DNA from: Candidatus Saccharimonadota bacterium
Lineage (GTDB): Archaea; Nanobdellota; Nanobdellia; Pacearchaeales; GW2011-AR1
Reading direction: 5' to 3'
Assembly: GCA_026002795.1 (NCBI GenBank)
Contig: BPGA01000001.1
Coordinates: forward strand, 420,001-452,000
DNA length: 32,000 nucleotides
The notes under the pieces are model-generated. The model was not told the DNA's origin, searched no databases, and worked only from the letters and a program-made list of their open reading frames with translations. Positions 25,060 to 32,000 of the stretch are shown piece after piece (the stretch's first letter is position 1; each line of letters opens with the position of its first letter). The translations under genes and the position numbers were made by a program.

Positions 25060-25491
25060 TTAAACATCAACAACAAACTGCGCTTCCCAACCTCTATTTT
25101 TTCCAAGATTTTTTATGTACATTTCAGAGTATGTGGGCGATTTAATCTGATCTAAATTTTTATAGTCGCTTGCTTTATCTCCATAAATAACTGCTTTTAA
25201 ATGTCCTTCTTTTATTTTAACTTTTGCTTTTGCAGGTATGAAATTTTTTGCGTCTAAAAAATAAAGAAGCTCTTCTAAAAAACTATAAAGAAGTAAATTT
25301 AAATCATTTTCACTAGTTATTAAAGAAATTGTTTTTTTATTTACTACTTTTACTTTTTTCCCACGAGAAATGTATTCTGATATAGCACTCACTACATTTT
25401 CAAACACCTCCTCAAGATTTTTACCATAAACTCTAAATTTTATATCTGCAGTATGCTCTAAAAAATCAAATTTTTTTTTCTTTTTGTCCAT
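25060..25491 (-). CDS. Archease (RtcB activator/chaperone)
   Basis: The N-terminal FDFLEHTADIKFRVYGKNLEEVFENV is the archease signature. 143 aa, immediately upstream of rtcB. Confidence 0.9.
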   Translation of the reverse strand: MDKKKKKFDFLEHTADIKFRVYGKNLEEVFENVVSAISEYISRGKKVKVVNKKTISLITSENDLNLLLYSFLEELLYFLDAKNFIPAKAKVKIKEGHLKAVIYGDKASDYKNLDQIKSPTYSEMYIKNLGKNRGWEAQFVVDV

Positions 25492-25502
25492 TTTTTAATC
25501 AT

Positions 25503-25943
25503 CTAACGAGGAGAACAGAAAATCTTTAAAACTCTTGGGTTGTAAGAGGTTAAATTTGATGTTATAATTACGGATTCTGAATAAACATCTCTTTCTATAA
25601 TATCTTCTTTTAAACAAGGTTCTTCTTTACAAAGCTTAGCTTCACAATTAAGGTATCTTGGGGATCTTAAGAGTATTTCATTGTATGTTAATGGAAGATC
25701 TGACTGAAAATCACTCCAGTTTAAATCTGGCTCAGCACTTAAAATTTCATTTCTTAAGGTGTCATTAAGCTCTATATACCTCAATAAAAAAATCTGATCA
25801 TTATGAATTTTTTCATTTAAAGTTTCTGGCTTACTTTTTTCAGAGAGTATAAGTAAAACTACAGCACTAAACAAAATAACAGATATAAATGCTTCCACAA
25901 TTTTTATCCAAGCTTTTTTTGATTTTTTTTCTTTTTTGAACAT
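25503..25943 (-). CDS. Pilin-like / pilus-associated small membrane protein (class III-like signal)
   Basis: N-terminus MFKKEKKSKKA|WIKIVEAFISVILFSAVVLLIL: a basic stretch, a small residue, then a hydrophobic helix with an early Glu. It is the last gene of the tightly packed pilus operon. Confidence 0.4.
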   Translation of the reverse strand: MFKKEKKSKKAWIKIVEAFISVILFSAVVLLILSEKSKPETLNEKIHNDQIFLLRYIELNDTLRNEILSAEPDLNWSDFQSDLPLTYNEILLRSPRYLNCEAKLCKEEPCLKEDIIERDVYSESVIITSNLTSYNPRVLKIFCSPR

Positions 25944-25944
25944 T

Positions 25945-26640
25945 TTACCACATTCTAAAAATTAATTTTCCTATTTGAACTTCACCATCTTTTGTTATGA
26001 AAATTAAAGGTTCTTCTTCTGCATAAACATTAACCTCTAGTAGATTTTCTTTTGTAGAAACAACTGTGTTGTTACTATAAACAAAACTAAAACCAAAATT
26101 TTGATTTTTAGGAATTTTAAGTTTTTCTTTTAATTGTTCATAGCTATTTTCATGTTCAGAACTTAAATTTAAAATTTTTGATTCAAAATAAAATTTTTGT
26201 TTTTTTACTTGAGCTATTGAATAGCTTGCCTCTTCGCAATTAGTTAGACTAGAACTTTCTTCTTCAAATGCTGGAGAGCTATAAATAAAAAAATTTCTTC
26301 CTCCATTAGAATTTAAAACTAAATTATTTCCTTGAACGTCAACATCAATTTTTTGTGAAGAATCTCTTGCAATTATTTTATTTCCTAAGTTGTTAAAAGA
26401 AGAAATAAAATTTGATAAAATAATACAGCTCTGAGAAGATTGTGTTGGAACATTTATTGTTATAGAGGTTAGATTTTCACTTATCTCTTTTTTTAGATTT
26501 TCTTTAAAAGAAATAAAAGAGCTGGGTGTTTGCCTTACAAAAATATCTTTTTCAAAAGCTAAAAAAATAAAAAAAATAGCACCGACAAATAAAACAAAAG
26601 ATAAGACAACTTCAACATGAGTTCCTTTTTTTCCTTTCAT
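25945..26640 (-). CDS. Pilin-like protein (class III-like signal)
   Basis: N-terminus MKGKKG|THVEVVLSFVLFVGAIFFIFLAF. There is a 1-nt gap to the downstream gene and a 3-nt gap to the upstream platform gene. Confidence 0.45.
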   Translation of the reverse strand: MKGKKGTHVEVVLSFVLFVGAIFFIFLAFEKDIFVRQTPSSFISFKENLKKEISENLTSITINVPTQSSQSCIILSNFISSFNNLGNKIIARDSSQKIDVDVQGNNLVLNSNGGRNFFIYSSPAFEEESSSLTNCEEASYSIAQVKKQKFYFESKILNLSSEHENSYEQLKEKLKIPKNQNFGFSFVYSNNTVVSTKENLLEVNVYAEEEPLIFITKDGEVQIGKLIFRMW

Positions 26641-26643
26641 TTT

Positions 26644-27483
26644 TTAGCCGAAAAAAGCATTAGCTCCAGCTGCTATTAAGAATGCAATTATCATCAATAA
26701 GAAAGAGTGTTTTATTCCAGGTTTTATAGTTCCTTCTGAAAGTTTTCCTATAGCTAATCCACTAAAAAATCCTTGTACAAGAAGTAAATAAAGAAAAGAA
26801 TTTGATATGTCTTTGGGATCTATTGCTTTTCCACCACCTAATCCAAAACCAGCTATAGAAAGACCTTGTGTTGAAGAGCCTATATTTCCCAAAAGAGGAA
26901 TAATTTGAAACTGAAGAACAAGAATTATTGCTATAAAAACCAAGAAAATTATATAGCCCTCAGCAACAATTGAAGATATTGCAGCTTTTCTTTCTTTTTT
27001 TAGTTTGTCTGTTATTGTTACAGCTTCTGTTACTGACTCAAGTATACCTCCAATTTCACCACCACTTCTTTCAGCCTGGCCTATCAAAGTTATAGATCTT
27101 GAAATTGTTTTATTACCAACATCATGAGCAAAAGTTTCTAGTGCTTTGTTAAGAGGAATTCCTAAAGCAATTTGATTAGCAAGTTTTTGAATGTGTGGAG
27201 TTAAGACACCATAATTTTTGTTTTTAACATTAATTATACTTTTATTTATAGGTGTTCCTGTTTTAACACTCTCAACAAGATTTCGAGCAAATTCTAAAAA
27301 CATCTCTTCTTTTTCAGCTTCAACTTTTGTTTCATAAACAACACTAATTATGTATGGCAAAACAGCTATTGCAATTCCAATTCCAAAAATAAAGAAAAAA
27401 AAGTTTGTTTTTATAAATAAAAGAGAAATTAAAACAATTACAATGCCTGAAATTATTCCTATTGTTGCTAGTTTTTTCGTCAT
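26644..27483 (-). CDS. Type IV pilus platform protein, single T2SSF domain (TadC/EpdK-like half)
   Basis: T2SSF-type pattern: FLEFARNLVESVKTGTPINKSI ... LGIPLNKALETFA ... ERSGGEIGGILE, flanked by TM helices. 279 aa. Confidence 0.8.
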   Translation of the reverse strand: MTKKLATIGIISGIVIVLISLLFIKTNFFFFIFGIGIAIAVLPYIISVVYETKVEAEKEEMFLEFARNLVESVKTGTPINKSIINVKNKNYGVLTPHIQKLANQIALGIPLNKALETFAHDVGNKTISRSITLIGQAERSGGEIGGILESVTEAVTITDKLKKERKAAISSIVAEGYIIFLVFIAIILVLQFQIIPLLGNIGSSTQGLSIAGFGLGGGKAIDPKDISNSFLYLLLVQGFFSGLAIGKLSEGTIKPGIKHSFLLMIIAFLIAAGANAFFG

Positions 27484-27484
27484 T

Positions 27485-28543
27485 TTAAACCTCTGGTTGT
27501 TTTAAGTGTATGAATGATAAAAATAAAATATTTACAAGGGCTACACCCAAAATCATAATTAAGGTTATCATTCCTGTACTTAATGAAATTCCAAAACCAC
27601 TTATTCTCATCATCATCAAAACAAGCATTAACATCATAGGTGCTGCTATAACAACGCTTATGTAAATGTCCATAAAAGTTTCAGCAGCTCTTGACTGTTT
27701 TTCACGTTCTAGCCTATACTCAAAAAGAAGAGTTTGCGCTCTCTTATCAAAAAAAGCAGGAAGATTTCCTCCAGAAGTTATAGTTGTTACAAGTCCATTA
27801 TATAGCTCAGCAAGTTTTTTACTTGGACTTCTATATGCTCTATTCTTTAAAGCAGTAACTAAATCGTAACCATAAATATTTATGTCATTAAATATTTTAA
27901 TAAATTCTTTTTCTAGATAAGGATACTCTTTTGTTTCAATAATTATGTTGAATATTTTACTTGGCTCTATCATTGAGTTAGATATAGCGGCCATATGTAT
28001 TGCAGCAAAAGGAAGTTCTCTGTTAATTCTTGTTTCTAAAGATTTTTTTTCCATTGAAGGATAAAAATAAGCAAATAAAAATGTTGCAATAGGAAAAATA
28101 AGAGGGATCCATATAACTTTTACAAACCTTAATGATAAAGGCTCTTTTGCCATTGTAATGAAAGGATAAGAAATACTGAAATTAAAAAATAAAAAGAAAA
28201 CCATAATAAAAATAGACAAAACAAAAGCAAGAAGAGTTGAGAAATAAATTAAAGAAACGTATGCTGCTGGAACAAAATCAAGATTTGCTTCAACAAGGTT
28301 TTTTCTTAAATCTGCAAATTTACCTTTATTAATTTGATTCATAGAAATATTATAAAAAAGCCTGCTAGAAAGCCTAATAAAAATACTTGGTTTTTTTTCT
28401 TTTTCCTCTTTTACTAACTTTTTTTTCTCCTCTTCTTTTTTCTTTGCTCTTTTTAAAGCTTCTTTTTCTAATTCACCGATATTTTTAAGCTCTTTTTTTA
28501 AGTCTTCTTCTGTTTTTTCTCCAGGTATTTTTTTGAAGGCCAT
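27485..28543 (-). CDS. Type IV pilus platform protein, single T2SSF domain (TadB/EpdJ-like half) with a K/E-rich N-terminal tail
   Basis: T2SSF-type pattern: LPFAAIHMAAISNSMIEPSKIF ... YGYDLVTALKNRA ... ITSGGNLPAFFDKRA, plus TM helices. Its stop TAA is separated from the next platform gene's ATG by 1 nt. Confidence 0.8.
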   Translation of the reverse strand: MAFKKIPGEKTEEDLKKELKNIGELEKEALKRAKKKEEEKKKLVKEEKEKKPSIFIRLSSRLFYNISMNQINKGKFADLRKNLVEANLDFVPAAYVSLIYFSTLLAFVLSIFIMVFFLFFNFSISYPFITMAKEPLSLRFVKVIWIPLIFPIATFLFAYFYPSMEKKSLETRINRELPFAAIHMAAISNSMIEPSKIFNIIIETKEYPYLEKEFIKIFNDINIYGYDLVTALKNRAYRSPSKKLAELYNGLVTTITSGGNLPAFFDKRAQTLLFEYRLEREKQSRAAETFMDIYISVVIAAPMMLMLVLMMMRISGFGISLSTGMITLIMILGVALVNILFLSFIHLKQPEV

Positions 28544-28547
28544 TTTA

Positions 28548-30107
28548 TTAAATATTTATTCCATAAGCTTGAAGAGTCTCTTTAGGTTTTTTGTAGTATT
28601 GCATTATTAATTCCTGAAACTTTTGAAAATCAAAAATTTGTTTTTCATAGAGCTTAAACAACAAAAGAACCCTTCTCTTGAATTCTCTTTCTAATTCTTC
28701 AATTTCAATTCCAAATCTTTTTGATATCTTTTCGAAAATTTTACTGTTCTTTTTAAAATAAAATTGATCTTCAGAAGGATTCCAGATAAAAGGCGTGTTA
28801 GTTACAGCAATTCCTTCTGGGGTTACATTAACTATCTCTACAATCTCTCTAAGCTTTCTTGTTTCTTGTCTATTGGCTATTGCATGAGTCATTACACATA
28901 TGCAATCTAGAATATTAAGCAAGGTTGGAGGCAATTCTATTGGCGGAGTTTCAAGTCTTTTTATAACTGTTTCTACAGAATCTGCATGCATTGTACTTAT
29001 AGAGCTATGTCCAGAAGCCATTCCTTGAAATAAGACATATGCTTCTTTTCCTCTAACTTCACCAACAATAACATAATCTGGATTTTGTCTAAAAGAGCTT
29101 TTTAATAAAGTGAAAAGATCTATTTCTCCAACACCACCAATTCCTGTTGCTTCTCTAACAACACTAGGTAACCAGTTTTCACGAGGCAAATTAAGCTCTC
29201 TTGTATCTTCAATCGAGACAACTCTTGCTTCAGGAGGTATGAAGAATGCTATAGCATTTAACAAAGTCGTTTTTCCAGAAGAAGTTCCTCCTATAATTAA
29301 AATATTCATTTTATACTGCACTAAAATCCATAAATAAGCAAGCATTTCTGGGCTCATTGTTCTAAAAGATATTAGTTGAGTTGGAGTCCAAGGAACTTTT
29401 GTGAATTTTCTTATTGTGAAAGTTGGTCCTTTTGAAGTTACATCTTTTGTGTATGTTGCATTAACTCTGCTTCCATCTGGAAGGCTTCCATCCAAAATAG
29501 GTTCTGCATAAGAAATATGCTTTCCTGCTCTTTGTGCAAGTTTTTCAACAAAATTTTCCAATCTATCCATATCATTAAAAATTATGTTTGTTTTAAGGTT
29601 TCTAAAAATTCTATGAACTACATAAATAGGCGAATTAACACCATTACATTCTATATCCTCAACAAAATAATCTTTTAAAAGAGGATCTATTTCATTAAAT
29701 CCAAGAAAATCTCTAACTAAATAATAATATATTTTTTTATATGTTTCATAAGAAATATCAACGCCCAATTCAAAAATAATAACTTTAAATCTTTTGTCAA
29801 TGTAATCTAAAAGTACTTCTGTATCTTTTTCAATTAAAATGTCAAAATTTATCATATCTTTTAAAGCAGATAAGACTTGTTCTTTGTAAGCTTTTTCTTC
29901 TTCATTAAGTATAGGCTCCTCAACTTCATAAACAACTTCATAACTTTTAGGATCCCAATAAATATGAACGAAAGCAAAAGGAGAAATTACAGCATATCTT
30001 AAGTCAATTTTTGTTTTATCTCTTACTTTTTGTAGTTTTGGCAATTGAGGAGAAAAGTTTATTTTCACTCTTGGGAAATTTTTTAAGTCGGCTGTTTTAT
30101 AAACCAT
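28548..30107 (-). CDS. Type IV filament assembly ATPase (FlaI/PilB/TadA family, T2SSE)
   Basis: Walker A GGTSSGKTTLLNA, Asp box SIEDTREL, Walker B PDYVIVGEVRG, His box SISTMHADS. 519 aa. Confidence 0.9.
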   Translation of the reverse strand: MVYKTADLKNFPRVKINFSPQLPKLQKVRDKTKIDLRYAVISPFAFVHIYWDPKSYEVVYEVEEPILNEEEKAYKEQVLSALKDMINFDILIEKDTEVLLDYIDKRFKVIIFELGVDISYETYKKIYYYLVRDFLGFNEIDPLLKDYFVEDIECNGVNSPIYVVHRIFRNLKTNIIFNDMDRLENFVEKLAQRAGKHISYAEPILDGSLPDGSRVNATYTKDVTSKGPTFTIRKFTKVPWTPTQLISFRTMSPEMLAYLWILVQYKMNILIIGGTSSGKTTLLNAIAFFIPPEARVVSIEDTRELNLPRENWLPSVVREATGIGGVGEIDLFTLLKSSFRQNPDYVIVGEVRGKEAYVLFQGMASGHSSISTMHADSVETVIKRLETPPIELPPTLLNILDCICVMTHAIANRQETRKLREIVEIVNVTPEGIAVTNTPFIWNPSEDQFYFKKNSKIFEKISKRFGIEIEELEREFKRRVLLLFKLYEKQIFDFQKFQELIMQYYKKPKETLQAYGINI

Positions 30108-30117
30108 TTTAAAATTT

Positions 30118-30681
30118 TTAACTTATAATTTTTATGTCTATTATTATTTTTCCTTGATTATCAGTTCCTGTATTTTTCACTAAAATTCTATAAGGCACTG
30201 AGGCAGGAGTCATTTCTCTAACCTGTTCCAAGCCATTAAAAGTAACATTATATTGCGAAGAAAAATTTCTTGCTAAAATAACCTCGTAATTTTTTCCTTT
30301 TTGTAATGTTTGAACCATTATATTTCCAACAGAAATCTCTTCTCCAATTTCGCTGTACTTGTTTTTACTATCTACCTTAAATGATAATACATCATTTAAT
30401 GAATCTACAATAAAGCTTCCTTTTCTTATTGAAATTGTGAAAACTCTTTGATTTCCTACAGTTCCAATACTATTAACTAAACTATCAAAATCCTCGAGAA
30501 TTCCTATAGATTGTTCAATAATTGATCTATCTTGTGATTCTTCAATTTTTGGTTTTACAAACGCAAGCACAATTCCTATTAGAGTTAGAGCTATCAATGT
30601 ATAAACCATTGTCTCAACCCAAACCTGTGCTTTTTTATTCTTTTTAATCCCAAGACCTTTATACTTCTTTTTTATTTTCAT
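30118..30681 (-). CDS. Pilin-like protein with a Q+1/E+5 class III signal peptide
   Basis: N-terminus ...KKNKKA|QVWVETMVYTLIALTLIGIVLAFV: basic residues, Ala at -1, Gln at +1 and Glu at +5. This resembles EppA-type (DUF361-like) archaeal pilin signals. First gene of the tightly packed ATPase operon. Confidence 0.5.
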   Translation of the reverse strand: MKIKKKYKGLGIKKNKKAQVWVETMVYTLIALTLIGIVLAFVKPKIEESQDRSIIEQSIGILEDFDSLVNSIGTVGNQRVFTISIRKGSFIVDSLNDVLSFKVDSKNKYSEIGEEISVGNIMVQTLQKGKNYEVILARNFSSQYNVTFNGLEQVREMTPASVPYRILVKNTGTDNQGKIIIDIKIIS

Positions 30682-30748
30682 TTTTTTAAATGCATTTTCC
30701 TCTTTTTTTTCTATTTGCTAGTTTTTATATGAACTTAAGACATTTTAC

Positions 30749-31261
30749 TCAGCTTACGCATGGAGGTATCTGCTCTAATGAATCTGAAAAGTCACACTGG
30801 TTTTCACCTATAATAGGAGCTAAACTTATTGAATCTGGATTATTTAGGTTAAAAAGAGTTAGATTAACAATATAAGTCTTACCAGCATTTTTTGCAGGCA
30901 AAGAAACTTGTTGATTTCTATCAGGATAAGATACAACACCTTGAATTGTTGAACTTTTATTTAAAATTTTAAAACTTTTAGAATTTCCTTCAGAGAGGAT
31001 ACTAACTAAAACAGCATCTAATTGAATATCCTTAATTTCAATTGATACACGGGCCTCATTTGATGCAAAATTGTAACAAGTGAATTCCTGATTTATTTTT
31101 ACTTTATCAAAAGTTTCAAAACACGAGCTTGATTTAGTTTTGCTTTGTACTAGGTTATTAACAACTAGCCAAACCATAGCAGCAATAAAAACAGTTAAAG
31201 CTACAATTAAAACAGCCCCAACAACAGGAGAAATACCTCTTTTATCATCTCTTTTTATCAT
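30749..31261 (-). CDS. Archaeal type IV pilin (Pilin_N/DUF1628-type N-terminus)
   Basis: N-terminus MIKRDDKRG|ISPVVGAVLIVALTVFIAAMV is the canonical [KR]G|[IVL]SPV[IV] archaeal prepilin signal. The beta-rich C-terminal domain has 4 Cys. Confidence 0.8.
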   Translation of the reverse strand: MIKRDDKRGISPVVGAVLIVALTVFIAAMVWLVVNNLVQSKTKSSSCFETFDKVKINQEFTCYNFASNEARVSIEIKDIQLDAVLVSILSEGNSKSFKILNKSSTIQGVVSYPDRNQQVSLPAKNAGKTYIVNLTLFNLNNPDSISLAPIIGENQCDFSDSLEQIPPCVS

Positions 31262-31459
31262 TTTTATAAATAGTTATTTATATTTATAAAGTTTAACAAA
31301 AAGCACCTTAGTTATTAATTATCATGAAAAAGATATAAGATTACAATATCCATTCTAAGAAATTTTGCGACTTTCTAAATTAATTTTTTTAGACCATAGA
31401 AAAATTAGTATTTATATTGTCATTAAAATTATTTATCTTTAAAAGGCATTAAATATAAC

Positions 31460-31942
31460 CTAAACTATATCTATTTCTTGAGAATAGGTTTCATCACAAG
31501 AATGTGTTTTTTCTTGGCCCGCAGACTCACCTAAAAGAATTGGCGTTATTGAAATTGATGTTGCTTCTGAAAATTTAGAACTTAAATCCTCAGAAGAAAA
31601 ACTTCCTCCTGGCATTAAGCCATTTATCGGCCAGTTTGTTGAAATTTCTTTTATTTCTAAGGTTTCAAAACTTCCTGGCTTTGTTATTTTTACATTTAAA
31701 CTATAAATTGGAACATCTCCTGTATTGACTACAGACAAAATTCCAGATGAACTTTCATAATTTGATAGAAAAGTTACATCCTGACAAATTAATTCTACAT
31801 TTGTTCCTCCAAATTTTGTTATTGCTTCTTTACTAAGCCCACGGAACCATAAAAAAATTATTAGTGCTATAACCAAGACCATTGCTACAAGAAGAACAGT
31901 TGCAATTACTGGAGATAAACCTTTTTTGTTTTTTTTCAACAT
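31460..31942 (-). CDS. Archaeal type IV pilin (Pilin_N/DUF1628-type N-terminus), paralog of 30749..31261
   Basis: N-terminus MLKKNKKG|LSPVIATVLLVAMVLVIALIIF. The C-terminal ISITPILLGE parallels ISLAPIIGE in the neighbouring pilin. Confidence 0.8.
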   Translation of the reverse strand: MLKKNKKGLSPVIATVLLVAMVLVIALIIFLWFRGLSKEAITKFGGTNVELICQDVTFLSNYESSSGILSVVNTGDVPIYSLNVKITKPGSFETLEIKEISTNWPINGLMPGGSFSSEDLSSKFSEATSISITPILLGESAGQEKTHSCDETYSQEIDIV

Positions 31943-32000
31943 CTTAATTAAAATTTAAACGTATTTATTAATTTTCTCTTTTAATTATTTATACATAAAG

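Noticed and set aside
23511-25491. Archease and RtcB as functional members of the pilus operon (only an 11-nt gap after the last pilin-like gene)
   Set aside because: The archease-RtcB pairing is a well-known tRNA-splicing/RNA-repair module. Its adjacency to the pilus genes is best explained by genome compaction. A 130-nt spacer with its own AT-rich promoter-like sequence precedes rtcB.
24281-30875. Track ORFs 24281..24472(+), 27666..27869(+), 29110..29337(+) and 30690..30875(+)
   Set aside because: Antisense to rtcB, the platform gene, the ATPase and the pilin gene respectively. No motifs, and embedded in or overlapping confidently called genes.
1-32000. Search for rRNA, tRNA, CRISPR arrays and other structured RNAs
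   Set aside because: All intergenic spacers are short (mostly under 250 bp) and strongly AT-rich. None contains a GC-rich cloverleaf-like segment or regularly spaced direct repeats. This is a by-eye scan only; tRNAscan-SE or Infernal would be decisive.

Overview
Visibly AT-rich archaeal sequence with tightly packed genes, few Shine-Dalgarno sites and a compact Rad50. By inference this fits a small-genome, DPANN-like archaeon. The window has four blocks. (1) 1-12.8 kb is ordinary core housekeeping: proteasome alpha (partial) and beta, Mre11-Rad50, aCPSF1/FttA, a presenilin-like GxGD protease, a TrmB-family regulator, an FHA protein, the archaeal CCA-adding enzyme, and a Zn-ribbon / DUF2073-like / small GTPase triad. 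(2) 12.8-19.8 kb is a secretome block: an 866-aa PKD-containing, sequon-rich surface protein, a two-gene Cys-rich membrane-anchored pair, and a lipobox-bearing PKD plus HExxH metalloprotease. (3) 19.9-23.3 kb is the most interesting part. It is a compact plus-strand unit encoding a soluble C39-like cysteine peptidase protein, a 15-codon sORF (MERNLDLVLDCICTT) with a perfect AGGAGG site and a downstream hairpin plus T-run, and a YcaO-domain protein whose N-terminus looks like a minimal alpha/beta-hydrolase. I read this as a candidate, apparently undescribed, archaeal RiPP (azol(in)e or thioamide peptide) system, but the sORF is unproven. (4) 23.5-32 kb holds RtcB and archease, then a type IV pilus (Epd/Tad-like) locus with an ATPase, a platform protein split into two genes, and five pilin-like genes of two signal-peptide classes. 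I saw no rRNA, tRNA, CRISPR array, transposase or integrase. All family assignments come from motif reading by eye; no searches were run.
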